Shown here one piece after another: positions 27,561 to 37,103 of a stretch of DNA of 64,000 nt (within the stretch, counting starts at the first letter, position 1; each line of letters opens with the position of its first letter). This DNA comes from a virus: the IMG/VR virus record IMGVR_UViG_3300007511_000004, positions 82,557-146,556 of that record; one strand, written 5' to 3'. Under the pieces are notes generated by a model, which was not told the DNA's origin, did not search any database, and was given only the letters and a program-made list of their open reading frames with translations. The translations under genes were made by a program, and so were the position numbers.

Positions 27561-27982
27561 CAGTTATTAGTTTCCCTAGAACTGCTTCTAAGTCTTTAGC
27601 GGAATGGTATGGTAAAAAGTACAATAAACCGGTGGCACTAGGAAGCTTACATCAGCCGGAATATCTTGGGAAGAATTTTTGGAATACAAAAGACCTCGTC
27701 TTTTCTAAAACCCACATATTGCATGGACACTGGCACAGTTTAGATAAATTGGATGAAGAGACATTAGAATGTCTTCGATCAGATTATAAAATAGTAACCA
27801 GTTATAGAGAAGCCAACTTGGTATACGACTCTTTATTACGGATAACTCAAAAGCCAGATTTGTTTAGTAGTACGATGATTAAATCGTTAGAGGAAAAAGA
27901 AAAATGGGATATATGGAAACATCACGTATTGAATGGAGACCACGTTGAAACTGTTCAAGGTACACCCAAAGGTTTCTGTTGA
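27536..27982 (+). CDS. sulfotransferase-like protein
   Basis: N-terminal ISFPRTASKSL (PAPS 5'-PSB-like) and IV..YR motif. Confidence 0.5.
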   Translation: MENPVYNIAVISFPRTASKSLAEWYGKKYNKPVALGSLHQPEYLGKNFWNTKDLVFSKTHILHGHWHSLDKLDEETLECLRSDYKIVTSYREANLVYDSLLRITQKPDLFSSTMIKSLEEKEKWDIWKHHVLNGDHVETVQGTPKGFC

Positions 27983-28586
27983 TGACTATGTGATTCCTTT
28001 AAGTTACCCTGAATGGGATCAGGAAAAACTTATTCAAGGATTTAAAAGAGATTATTCTGAACGAAATAGATTAACGTTCTATCCGTATTGGGCAGCTAAT
28101 GAAGAACTGAAGCAAGTTGTTCCACCTAATGTTGTAGAGCATATGCGGCCTAATCCCTTAATCGTTCATTATCATAGAGAACGACCGACTAAAATGTTCG
28201 TTCCTATTCATATAGATGGGAAAGATAGCGATCCTGAAGCTAATTTTAACGCTGCTATTAATATCCCGGTTATCGGATGCGATCATAAGTGCTTAACAAA
28301 TTTTTGGTATGCTCCAGACGGATATCAATATGAAGAAAAGGCTCAAGCTAGAATATACCAATCAGGATTTCTAGAAAATGCAGTCGAATATTGTATGACA
28401 GATCAACCAATTCTATTCAACACAAAAGAGCTGCACTCAACTGCTAATTATAATACGTGGGAAAGAGAACGTTGTATTATATCTTGGAGATTTAATCGGT
28501 ATGTCTCTTGGAACGATGCGAAAGATATGCTTCGTGAATTTCTTCAACCGGTTCCACAAATGACAGACTTAGCACAACTCGATTAG
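27933..28586 (+). CDS. Fe(II)/2OG oxygenase-like (DSBH) protein
   Basis: IHID, AINIP, LHS, R.IISWRF. Confidence 0.65.
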   Translation: METTLKLFKVHPKVSVDDYVIPLSYPEWDQEKLIQGFKRDYSERNRLTFYPYWAANEELKQVVPPNVVEHMRPNPLIVHYHRERPTKMFVPIHIDGKDSDPEANFNAAINIPVIGCDHKCLTNFWYAPDGYQYEEKAQARIYQSGFLENAVEYCMTDQPILFNTKELHSTANYNTWERERCIISWRFNRYVSWNDAKDMLREFLQPVPQMTDLAQLD

Positions 28587-28995
28587 TATCACATAAGATA
28601 TGATCTACCCGATGGGGGATATCAACTCTCCAACATTTAGGCGAGTTCAAGTCTAAAGATTCTACTGGTACTTCATCTTCCATATATTGGAATTTAGAAT
28701 CGGGATGTACTTGGATTGGGATATTGATTGCTGAAATGCGCTGCTTAATACCATTTTTTTCTGCAACATCATCGATATGGGTTTTACAAGCCGTATTAGC
28801 CGGTACCATAATAATTGCAGCATAACTGGGCTTGACACCTATCTGATCAGTTAAATAAGAGATTCTTTCCATCTCTTCGTCATTTAACTTGTATGGTCTT
28901 ATGGTCCAATTTGGTTCGGTTATATTGTTGCCGATATTAAAAGCCCATTCAATATCTTCGAGTCTAAGATTCACATCTACATCAAACCATTTCAT
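28492..28995 (-). CDS. Fe(II)/2OG oxygenase-like (DSBH) protein
   Basis: HID, AINIP, PHRV, RVVLSL. Confidence 0.65.
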   Translation of the reverse strand: MKWFDVDVNLRLEDIEWAFNIGNNITEPNWTIRPYKLNDEEMERISYLTDQIGVKPSYAAIIMVPANTACKTHIDDVAEKNGIKQRISAINIPIQVHPDSKFQYMEDEVPVESLDLNSPKCWRVDIPHRVDHILCDTNRVVLSLSFVEPVEEIHEAYLSHRSKRHTD

Positions 28996-29386
28996 CTGTT
29001 ATCCCCACAATATGATATCTCAAAAAATCGGATCTGTTACCGTTCAAAGCTGTATGTTTTTTTCTCGTATCAACATAATAGGCATTACCAGCCGGCAGCT
29101 GATAAACTTCATCTTCTAATACGAATAAACAACTTGAGTTGGTTATAAGAGGAAAATGTATTCTTGGCGTAGTATCATGATGCCATGAATAACATTCTTT
29201 AGGCTTTAGACGCATAATCCTTGCCATACTTATATTATACTTTTTCAATAAAGAATTGGTATATGGCAAATCATATAAACAGAATGTGCCCTTTTGAATT
29301 AATACGTGTCCATCCTGGCCCATTAAATGTGAAACTTCACTTAGTATAAGGTCAGTGTCGATTGAATCAAGCGTCTGAAAATCCAT
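28982..29386 (-). CDS. aspartyl/asparaginyl beta-hydroxylase-like oxygenase
   Basis: RIM.L.P..CYSWHHD..RIH.PL.TN, HTALN, RYHIV. Confidence 0.75.
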   Translation of the reverse strand: MDFQTLDSIDTDLILSEVSHLMGQDGHVLIQKGTFCLYDLPYTNSLLKKYNISMARIMRLKPKECYSWHHDTTPRIHFPLITNSSCLFVLEDEVYQLPAGNAYYVDTRKKHTALNGNRSDFLRYHIVGITDEMV

Positions 29387-29675
29387 AAGTCACCGAGCTA
29401 ACATGATCTAGACTTTCTATCAGAGATTTAATTTCAGATTCCGATGAGATATCAAGCAATTTTTGAAAGCGAGAGTCTGACCATAATCTAGAAACGTATA
29501 AAGTTAATCCGTCTTCAGAAAGAGTAGCGGTTTCTTCTGTAATATCTCCAATAAGAATCCCCGCCACAGTTATCTCTCGAAGTTCACCGAAAGTGTGACC
29601 AATCGAATACATTGCTGAAAGCGGATCCTCTTGCTTGTGCACGAAAATGATTTCATATTGTTGTAATTTAGGCAT
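29367..29675 (-). CDS. hypothetical protein
   Basis: GAGG RBS on the minus strand; first gene of the 3-gene minus operon. Confidence 0.55.
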   Translation of the reverse strand: MPKLQQYEIIFVHKQEDPLSAMYSIGHTFGELREITVAGILIGDITEETATLSEDGLTLYVSRLWSDSRFQKLLDISSESEIKSLIESLDHVSSVTYGFSDA

Positions 29676-29830
29676 TTTTTACCTCTGGTGTTACAGTAAG
29701 TTCTTTTACTATATATGTTATTATATATGGTTGTTTTAATACCACTCTATTCACTCTATAACTAAAAATGGAATAGGAATTTTAGGCCGTTCTGCATAAA
29801 CCTTTTTACCAACAATACCATTCGCTGCCA

Positions 29831-29882
29831 ATTATTCTAAACCTTGGGAAAAAGAAGCATATAAATTCGAAAAAAATGTAAA
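29831..29882 (+). repeat. 52-bp direct repeat, right copy
   Basis: identical to 24469-24520. Confidence 0.95.
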
Positions 29883-29884
29883 TA

Positions 29885-29939
29885 GGGGGTTTACAAATGA
29901 GTCGAAAAGGTTTATATTAGTAGGGTAACCGAGGAGATA
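29885..29939 (+). promoter_or_regulatory. repeated early promoter-RBS cassette
   Basis: gggggTTTACAaatgagtcgaaaaggttTATATTagtagggtaaccgAGGAG. Confidence 0.85.
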
Positions 29940-29943
29940 TACG

Positions 29944-30330
29944 ATGTTCGATATTATCAGTGATCTACATAAAGACGCTCGCGGGTTTCGGCCTACCAAT
30001 GATTGGATGGAAATGTTCGATAAGGTTTCCTCCTCCGAGCAAGAGAAGATCTTCGATGATCTTATCGAAGAGTTAAAAGAAGCCGAAGAAGATGCCCGCA
30101 GAGCCGAGCAACAAGCGATTTACGATTTCGATGATCATCTTGCTGCAGTTCGTCGCGAAGGCGCGCCAGACCGCGCTACTGCTCTTCGTTGGATGACTCA
30201 GCTCTATACGTTCTGTCATGAACAAGACGTAGAACACTTTGTTTGGGAATGGGGGTTCTTATTCACCGATGAAGGCCGTGCTCTAGTGAAAGAGCTTATG
30301 GATATCGTAGAAATGGAGGATATACAATGA
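29944..30330 (+). CDS. hypothetical early protein
   Basis: SDLHKDA.GFRP N-terminus; follows promoter cassette. Confidence 0.7.
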   Translation: MFDIISDLHKDARGFRPTNDWMEMFDKVSSSEQEKIFDDLIEELKEAEEDARRAEQQAIYDFDDHLAAVRREGAPDRATALRWMTQLYTFCHEQDVEHFVWEWGFLFTDEGRALVKELMDIVEMEDIQ

Positions 30331-30623
30331 ATATCATGAAAGGCGATTCCGACCTAATTGAAGATGATGGCTTTATAACCATTTACCCTAAAGAATTCCA
30401 ACGGGGTATAATCCCACTTAGTTCTTCAGAAATACCCGAACACGGGTCACCACAAGATCGCGGTAGTGCTGATGCATACTATAGTCGGCGTTTCGACCCA
30501 CACTATTATCCACGAGGAACTGGTGTTGGAGAAAGAATCCCGATGACTAAGATGACTGCAGATGAAATTGCCCAGTATAGCTATGGGTTCAGAAACGAGG
30601 ACAATCGAAAAGATTGGAATTAA
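30327..30623 (+). CDS. hypothetical protein
   Basis: HGSP.DRGSAD.YY.R...PHYY motif. Confidence 0.65.
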   Translation: MNIMKGDSDLIEDDGFITIYPKEFQRGIIPLSSSEIPEHGSPQDRGSADAYYSRRFDPHYYPRGTGVGERIPMTKMTADEIAQYSYGFRNEDNRKDWN

Positions 30624-30642
30624 TTCGAAAAAAATGTAAAAA

Positions 30643-30697
30643 GGGGGTTTACAAACGATTCGTAATAGCTTATATTAGTAGTATCAACAAAGGAGAT
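30643..30697 (+). promoter_or_regulatory. repeated early promoter-RBS cassette (variant)
   Basis: TTTACA-17-TATATT then AAGGAG. Confidence 0.8.
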
Positions 30698-30702
30698 ACC
30701 CA

Positions 30703-30840
30703 ATGGTTAAAGAATTCCTCGTTTTCACCACTTCCGGCGACATGATCGTTACTGCTGCAAAAACCAAAGAGGCAGCTATCGCACAGGTTCAGAAAGAGCT
30801 TCGTGCTGGTGAATCCATCGAATCTGTTGACCGTCTCTAA
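30703..30840 (+). CDS. 45-aa hypothetical early protein (not in ORF track)
   Basis: MVKEFLVFTTSGDMIV...; strong RBS. Confidence 0.6.
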   Translation: MVKEFLVFTTSGDMIVTAAKTKEAAIAQVQKELRAGESIESVDRL

Positions 30841-30863
30841 TCTAAATCCCAGGAGAATATATT

Positions 30864-31174
30864 ATGGCGCTTACAACTGATCAAATGGCTCAAGTACAAC
30901 TTCTTTTTGCTGATGCCGATAGCAATGATCTTGACAAAATCGCTAATATGTTCAATGCCGCTCGCCGATCGGCTGAAAACTCAATTAAAAATGAGTTTTC
31001 TGTAGGTCAAAAGGTTACTTGGGTTTCCACCCGAATCCAGCGTCCAATGGCTGGTACAATTACTAAAATTAATCGTAGGCAATGGGCGAGGGGATCGCGC
31101 GCGAAAATATTGTCGTAAATACTGGTGATGCTGGTACGTGGAACGTTCCTCCATCACTTTTACAAACTGCTTAA
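30864..31174 (+). pseudogene. small early gene frameshifted by a 26-bp GC-rich insertion
   Basis: removing 31078-31103 gives a 94-aa ORF ending ...GTITKINRKNIVVNTGDAGTWNVPPSLLQTA*. Confidence 0.6.
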
Positions 31175-31186
31175 GGAGAATATATT

Positions 31187-32143
31187 ATGGCCCATATGGT
31201 TGAAACTATGGCATACGCTGGCGAAACACCTTGGCATGGTCTCGGTGAAGAGGTCTCCAATGAACTTACGCCGGTCCAAATGATGAAAAAAGCCGGAGTG
31301 GATTGGCGCGTCAACGCAGTCGAATCATTTGTAGAATACGATGGCGAAAAGATTCCGACGGGACAAAAGTCGCTTATTCGTTCCACTGATGGTCGTATCC
31401 TCACAAACATCGGGGAAAATTGGAACCCAGTTCAAAACGAAACTGCCTTCGAATTCTTTTCAGAATTTGTAATGGCGGGTGACATGGAGATGCACACCGC
31501 TGGATCACTTCGCGATGGTGAATACGTTTGGGCGTTGGCGAAGGTGAATGATTGGTTTGACGTATTCGGCGGTGACCGAGTCGATTCTTATCTACTTTTT
31601 TCTAACCCCCACAAATATGGGAAGTCGATCGACGTTCGCTTTACACCAATTCGGGTCGTTTGCAACAACACTCTTACGTTCTCTTTGAGCCAAGGGACCA
31701 AGAACGGGGTACGTCTATCACACCGGACAGAGTTCGATCCGGATATGGTAAAAGAAACCTTGGGCCTCGCTCACGAGAAATTTGCTATGTATAAGGAAAT
31801 GGCAGAATTCATTGGATCGCGTCCGGTTACTGCCGAAGCGCTTATTCAATACTATAACGAAGTGTTTCCTAATACATCTCGTACCGAACAACCTAAGGAC
31901 GTTAAAAGTTACGGCGATCTTTCTCGAAACGCAAAGCTTTGCTATGATGCACTAGAGGTTCAACCCGGTGCGGAATATGCGGCTGGCACTTGGTGGAGCG
32001 CATTCAATAGCGTAACCTATGTTACGGACCACGTACAAGGTCGCAATAAAGATAACCGATTGCAATCGCAGTGGTTTGGTCAAAACGCGGCTCGGAAGGT
32101 CACAGCGGCAGAAAAGGCAGTGCAATACGCTACTCTCGCTTAA
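31187..32143 (+). CDS. DUF932 (TIGR03299-like) phage/plasmid protein
   Basis: ETMAY.GE.PWHGLG, TAGSL..G, TPIRVVCNNTL, GTWW.AFN.VT...DH. Confidence 0.88.
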   Translation: MAHMVETMAYAGETPWHGLGEEVSNELTPVQMMKKAGVDWRVNAVESFVEYDGEKIPTGQKSLIRSTDGRILTNIGENWNPVQNETAFEFFSEFVMAGDMEMHTAGSLRDGEYVWALAKVNDWFDVFGGDRVDSYLLFSNPHKYGKSIDVRFTPIRVVCNNTLTFSLSQGTKNGVRLSHRTEFDPDMVKETLGLAHEKFAMYKEMAEFIGSRPVTAEALIQYYNEVFPNTSRTEQPKDVKSYGDLSRNAKLCYDALEVQPGAEYAAGTWWSAFNSVTYVTDHVQGRNKDNRLQSQWFGQNAARKVTAAEKAVQYATLA

Positions 32144-32191
32144 TTACCAATCACGTAAACCCCCACGAAAAAAATCGAAAAAAGTTGATTT

Positions 32192-32258
32192 AGGGGGTTT
32201 ACAAATGAGTCGAAAAGGCTTATATTAGTAGTGTAACCAAGGAGATACTGATATGATC
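32192..32258 (+). promoter_or_regulatory. repeated early promoter-RBS-start cassette
   Basis: 67 bp identical to 59325-59391; preceded by inverted copy gtaaaccccc (32155-32164). Confidence 0.9.
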
Positions 32259-32504
32259 ATCAACGAAAACCGTACTGATTCTTATATGGGCACCGTGGAC
32301 CTTTCGAACGCTGATGATATGAACATGGTGACTATTGCTCGTAAACTGGTTAAGGAAGCAAATGTTAAGCTCCGTGAATCCGGTAAACGTCAGATGTATG
32401 TCAAACTTCAAGGTCGTGGTCACCGTCAAGGCGTACGGCGCTATAATCAATCTCTGCCGCTGAAATACGCTACATCAGCAGACGTTTACATTTATAACCG
32501 TTAA
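32253..32504 (+). CDS. hypothetical early protein
   Basis: RT..Y.GT, VKLQGRG.R, DVYIY.R. Confidence 0.65.
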   Translation: MIINENRTDSYMGTVDLSNADDMNMVTIARKLVKEANVKLRESGKRQMYVKLQGRGHRQGVRRYNQSLPLKYATSADVYIYNR

Positions 32505-32509
32505 TCTTT

Positions 32510-32541
32510 AACCCGGGGGTTTACAAACTCTCGGGTTTTTT
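32510..32541 (+). terminator. terminator hairpin containing the promoter -35 motif
   Basis: aacccggggg-tttacaaa-ctctcgggtt followed by T-run. Confidence 0.65.
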
Positions 32542-32583
32542 GTATCCTAAAAATATCATAAATAAAGGAGAACAGTTATAGTT

Positions 32584-33948
32584 ATGGATGGAACTATGCC
32601 AGTAGCAATGACCCCCGCCCAATGGAATAAGCCGAACTCTCAAACCAAGGAGCATCGGTTAGATATTTTGGTAAAGGCCATTAAAGCCGGCACCAAGTTG
32701 GTTACGGTTGATAATAAAGAGATAGTTGTTAAAAATGATAAGAACAACCTCCGAGCAATTGAGATGTTCAAAAAAGATAATAAACCATTTGATCTGCTCC
32801 TAAAATCTGGCCGGAAAATTAGTTCTTCCCAGATTGGTAAGTCGGCGGTTTTCGGTGGAGGAGGAGCTGGTAAAGGTGGTGGAACCCTTCAAACCGCCCT
32901 CGCTGAAAGTTTACAATGTTTATATTGTGCTGCAGTAATGGGTGAACCAGTAAATAAGCCAATTTCGCACTTTACCCCATCGATACTTAAAAAACATGCA
33001 GGAAAAGCCAATTTGGGTGGTACTACTTTTAATGCAGCGATAGAATTGGATGAGACCTGGCATCTATCGGCATATTGGACTGCGGCATTAACACGTAGGG
33101 AGGGTTATATTAAATCGAATCACACGTATCACCGGGATGATGCCCAGATGAAGAAGATATATAAAGCGAAATCAGCCGCCTTTAAAAATTCTGGTATGCT
33201 AGTGCTTTCGGACGATAAATGGAATCCGGGGGATATTTGGGCAATAGATAGATCAGCCGTTCTTGATAAGGTCCTTGACGATACTACCATTACGAATTTA
33301 AATACTAAATTGAAAGAAGAGTTTGATAAACGAAAAATCGTTGGCATCTCACTCAAGAAAGTGGTGGATGAAAAGCGGATACGCTCCTCGGTGTTAAACG
33401 ACGGTAAAAGGCCGCTTGATAAACATAAGTTGACGTCTGCATCTTTAATGGCAGATAACATCAGCACCGCTACTTTTTTTCGGTCAAAAGGTGCTACCCT
33501 GCTCGTTGACCAAAATATTAAGATCGGCTTCAGAACTCCGAGCTACCTGGGACCATTAAACGCAGAAATTGAGCTTGCCACTGCTCGCGGCGGGCGGGCT
33601 GGATTCACGCAAATCATCGATGCCGCAAATCGTTATATGCGATATTCTATCCCGGACAATAATGCTTTGAAACAGGAAGCTAAAAAGATTATGGACGGTG
33701 ATGAAGATACCATTAAGGCGTTCTCTAAAATGGCGACCTTCTGTGCTAACGTAACTGATATCGATTTTCGAACTGAATTAAAAGCCCAGGATATAGATCG
33801 AATTCATAGCAAGCTGGGGTCTACCTATGTAGTTTACGGCCTTAAGAAGGCAAATAAAAATAAGGCGGATGAGTTTGTGTCATATATTATGAATTACGCA
33901 GGATCCAAATTAGAAGAATCATCCGTATACGTAAAAGTTTATCAATAG
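32584..33948 (+). CDS. hypothetical protein with PD-(D/E)xK nuclease-like motif
   Basis: DKWNPGDIW...IVGISLKK; CATAAATA late-like promoter upstream. Confidence 0.5.
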   Translation: MDGTMPVAMTPAQWNKPNSQTKEHRLDILVKAIKAGTKLVTVDNKEIVVKNDKNNLRAIEMFKKDNKPFDLLLKSGRKISSSQIGKSAVFGGGGAGKGGGTLQTALAESLQCLYCAAVMGEPVNKPISHFTPSILKKHAGKANLGGTTFNAAIELDETWHLSAYWTAALTRREGYIKSNHTYHRDDAQMKKIYKAKSAAFKNSGMLVLSDDKWNPGDIWAIDRSAVLDKVLDDTTITNLNTKLKEEFDKRKIVGISLKKVVDEKRIRSSVLNDGKRPLDKHKLTSASLMADNISTATFFRSKGATLLVDQNIKIGFRTPSYLGPLNAEIELATARGGRAGFTQIIDAANRYMRYSIPDNNALKQEAKKIMDGDEDTIKAFSKMATFCANVTDIDFRTELKAQDIDRIHSKLGSTYVVYGLKKANKNKADEFVSYIMNYAGSKLEESSVYVKVYQ

Positions 33949-33997
33949 GAGAAATTAATGTCTCAGTATAGTATACAGAATACAGATGGAACCGATT

Positions 33998-35236
33998 ATG
34001 CAAGACTTTAATGCGTTTTTAACAGAACAAAAAAATACCCATATGCGGCATATTGAAGATTCTGTCATCTACGGTGGGGTTAAGGGTACCCGGCAAGCCA
34101 TCTTTGCCCTTAGAGATTTAAGAGATATGCTAGCCGGGCACGATGGTAAGGTTTCGGTTAAATGGGATGGCGCGCCCGCGATATTTGCGGGGACAGATCC
34201 TCGCGATGGAAAATTCTTCGTTGCGAAGAAGGGGATTTTTAATAAAGAACCCAAAGTATATAAGACCCCCGCAGACGTTGATGCTGATACCTCGGGAGAT
34301 CTTTCTATAAAATTAAAACAGGCACTTCAATACCTACCAGAATTAGGTATTAAAGGCATTATACAGGGGGACTTTTTATTCGGTCCCGGCGATATTTCCA
34401 ATGAGCTTATCCATGGGCAGAAATATATTACTTTCCATCCTAATACTATCATTTATGCTATTCCTAGTAGTTCGGCTACCGCAAAAACGATACGAAGATC
34501 CAAAATCGGGATCGTATGGCATACTACCTATGCCTTCTCCGGTGGAAGTAACGATTTTGCCTCCCTACGAGCCAGTTACGGAGTAAACGTATCTAAGTTC
34601 AAGAAGTCAGCCAACGTCTGGTCTCAGGATGCAATGCTAAGGGATCTGACTAAATACTCCATGTCGAAAAGAGATACTCAGGAGGTAAATAATTACCTCA
34701 CACAAGCGGGTAAGATATTCAATCAGATTGCCGGCACTACTCTTCGGGAATTGGAGAATAATCAACAGCTTGCTCAACACATTGAGACTTTTAATAACTC
34801 GTTTGTTCGTGAAGGTCAAGTTATCACTAATACTACTGCTCACGTTAATAAGCTTATTAAGTGGATCAAAGCTCGTTATCAAAAAGAAATAGATAAGCGT
34901 AAGACTGAAAAGGGCAAATCCGTTCAGATCCAGAAACTCAATGATCTATTGAAATTTTTCTCTGAATCTAATAAAAAATCGCTAAAAAGCATATTCGATT
35001 TACAGAAAGTAATCGTTTTAGCGAAATTAAAACTTATAAATACTTTGAATAAATTGAATAACGTGGATACCTTCGTTAAGACTAAGGATGGCTATAAAGT
35101 TACTGGACATGAGGGCTTTGTAGCAATCGATAAATTAGGTGGTGATGCTGTTAAGATTGTTGATAGATTAGAATTCTCATACAACAACTTCAGCAAAGAT
35201 GTACTAAAAGGATGGGATAAACCGGGAAGAAAATAA
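33998..35236 (+). CDS. conserved T4-like protein with nucleotidyltransferase/ligase-like motifs (DUF6267-like)
   Basis: NTHM.HIED, VKWDGAP, QGD, HEGFV, KIVDR.EFS..NF. Confidence 0.65.
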   Translation: MQDFNAFLTEQKNTHMRHIEDSVIYGGVKGTRQAIFALRDLRDMLAGHDGKVSVKWDGAPAIFAGTDPRDGKFFVAKKGIFNKEPKVYKTPADVDADTSGDLSIKLKQALQYLPELGIKGIIQGDFLFGPGDISNELIHGQKYITFHPNTIIYAIPSSSATAKTIRRSKIGIVWHTTYAFSGGSNDFASLRASYGVNVSKFKKSANVWSQDAMLRDLTKYSMSKRDTQEVNNYLTQAGKIFNQIAGTTLRELENNQQLAQHIETFNNSFVREGQVITNTTAHVNKLIKWIKARYQKEIDKRKTEKGKSVQIQKLNDLLKFFSESNKKSLKSIFDLQKVIVLAKLKLINTLNKLNNVDTFVKTKDGYKVTGHEGFVAIDKLGGDAVKIVDRLEFSYNNFSKDVLKGWDKPGRK

Positions 35237-35605
35237 ATGGATAAATCTTTTAAAAATTTTCTAGAGAATTACGACGAGTGCATGGACGAGGCATTAAACC
35301 TTGGCCAGCGTCGGCGAAAAGCTATTCAGATGCGGAAGATGAAGGGTAAAATCGCTATCGGGCAACGTCGAGCCAAAATGAGGGTAGCCGATTCATCACG
35401 TCTTCAAAAGCGAGCAAGAAAACATGCTCGTACCTTCTTACTTAAAAAACTGACTAAGGGTAAGGGTAAAAAGGATCTCGATTACGCTCGGAGAGAGGCA
35501 ATTGAGAAAAGACTAGATAAGATGAAGGGTAAGGTTGATCAGTTAGCCAAAAAGCTGCTACCCAAACTCCGTAGAGCTGAAATGACTAAAAGACAGAAAA
35601 AATGA
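35237..35605 (+). CDS. basic hypothetical protein
   Basis: SFKNFLE N-terminus, very K/R-rich. Confidence 0.65.
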   Translation: MDKSFKNFLENYDECMDEALNLGQRRRKAIQMRKMKGKIAIGQRRAKMRVADSSRLQKRARKHARTFLLKKLTKGKGKKDLDYARREAIEKRLDKMKGKVDQLAKKLLPKLRRAEMTKRQKK

Positions 35606-36441
35606 TCAATTCATTTAAAAATTTCCTGGTCGAGGAAGAAAAGACCGTTTACTTCACGTTTGGGAGAATGAATCCCCCTACGATCGGACACGGTAAGCTG
35701 ATGGATACATTATCCTCTAAGTCGGGTAATAACCCATATAGGATCTTTTTATCCCAGTCTAGTGATCCTAAGAAAAATCCTTTGACCTATGTAGATAAGG
35801 TCAAATTCGTTAGAAAAATGTTCCCAAAACACGCTCGATCCGTTATTTTGAATCGTAAAGTAAAGAACGTATTTGATATTGCGGTAATCCTCTACAATGA
35901 AGGCTATAAGAACGTAGTCATGGTCGTGGGTTCAGATCGTGTAACTGAATTTAAAACCCTCCTTCAAAAATATAATGGTAAAGACGCTCGTCATGGCCAT
36001 TATAACTTCAAAAAAATTATGGTAATATCTGCAGGCGATCGTGACCCAGATGCCGAGGGCGTTTCAGGTATGTCAGCTTCTAAAATGCGCAACTTTGCGG
36101 CAGATAATGATTTTACCCAATTTGCCCAGGGGCTTCCTAAAAGAGTGTCTAATGCTGATGCCAAGACCTTATTTAATACTGTCCGGAAGGGGCTGGGACT
36201 CAAAGAAGAAACTAGTTTTAAGAAGCATGTTCAGTTATTCCCTGTATCAGAAACCCGCGAGGAATATGTATTGGGAAATATGTTTAATGTTGGCGACCAG
36301 GTCGTTATAAAAGAGTCTAGTGAGATCGTTGTTATTGCAAGCCGAGGTCCGAACTTCCTAGTATTGGAAACGACTGATGGTAAGAAATTGCGTAAGTGGT
36401 TAAATGATGTAGAATTACTAAACGGAGATAAAGATGACTGA
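35602..36441 (+). CDS. cytidyltransferase-like (HxGH) nucleotidyltransferase
   Basis: FGRMNPPTIGH, KNPL, VGSDRV, SAG.RDPD, MSASKMR. Confidence 0.85.
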   Translation: MINSFKNFLVEEEKTVYFTFGRMNPPTIGHGKLMDTLSSKSGNNPYRIFLSQSSDPKKNPLTYVDKVKFVRKMFPKHARSVILNRKVKNVFDIAVILYNEGYKNVVMVVGSDRVTEFKTLLQKYNGKDARHGHYNFKKIMVISAGDRDPDAEGVSGMSASKMRNFAADNDFTQFAQGLPKRVSNADAKTLFNTVRKGLGLKEETSFKKHVQLFPVSETREEYVLGNMFNVGDQVVIKESSEIVVIASRGPNFLVLETTDGKKLRKWLNDVELLNGDKDD

Positions 36442-36811
36442 TGTAAAATCGGCCGATAAAAAAGCCCAGCTCTACACCGATCCCACAGGGAAAAGACGGA
36501 TTCGCATGGTTCCCAGCGATTCGAAGGTTGTAGATCCAGCTAAAAAATCCAAACCCGCGGTGTCAGAATGCAACGAATCAGTAGATGTTAACCGAGTTAA
36601 GCAGCTCGGCGCTATCGGTCTGGTCAATAAAAAAGACGTCCAACGGCTTATGATTATCATGAAAAAGTTAGACTCTGATAAAGAACTTAATATTCGGGAG
36701 AAGAACTTGGTCGTTAAGATGTTCCAACAACTCATTTCGGTAGTCACCGGTGACGTGTCAGTCTTTGCTAAAACTAAAAAAGCCGTCACTGGCTCGAAAG
36801 AGGAATCATAA
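36434..36811 (+). CDS. hypothetical protein
   Basis: GGAG RBS, ORF in operon. Confidence 0.6.
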   Translation: MTDVKSADKKAQLYTDPTGKRRIRMVPSDSKVVDPAKKSKPAVSECNESVDVNRVKQLGAIGLVNKKDVQRLMIIMKKLDSDKELNIREKNLVVKMFQQLISVVTGDVSVFAKTKKAVTGSKEES

Positions 36812-36812
36812 T

Positions 36813-37094
36813 ATGACTTCGGAAGCACAGACCCGACTAGATCGGATTGAAGAGAAGATTGATCGTCTTTCAGAAGCATTGGTGGCTATTGCTAGAACTG
36901 AAGAAAAACTGGTCAGCATTGAACAAAAATATAGTTCTCAATATGATCGTATGAACCGACTTTCGGAAAAGATCGATCAACTTGAGCAGACGGTAATTTT
37001 AAATTCTGAGACCGTATCGAATATCACAAAAATAAGTTGGGTAGTGGTTGTCGCTATTGTCGGTGCAATTATAACCCAGTTCTACAATTTTTAG
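36813..37094 (+). CDS. coiled-coil protein with C-terminal TM helix
   Basis: RLDRIE.KID.L heptads, hydrophobic tail. Confidence 0.65.
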   Translation: MTSEAQTRLDRIEEKIDRLSEALVAIARTEEKLVSIEQKYSSQYDRMNRLSEKIDQLEQTVILNSETVSNITKISWVVVVAIVGAIITQFYNF

Positions 37095-37103
37095 GAGTAA
37101 AAA

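Noticed and set aside
29885-32258. Repeated ~55-bp elements as a CRISPR-like array
   Set aside because: They are separated by whole genes and contain -35/-10/RBS motifs, so they are promoters.
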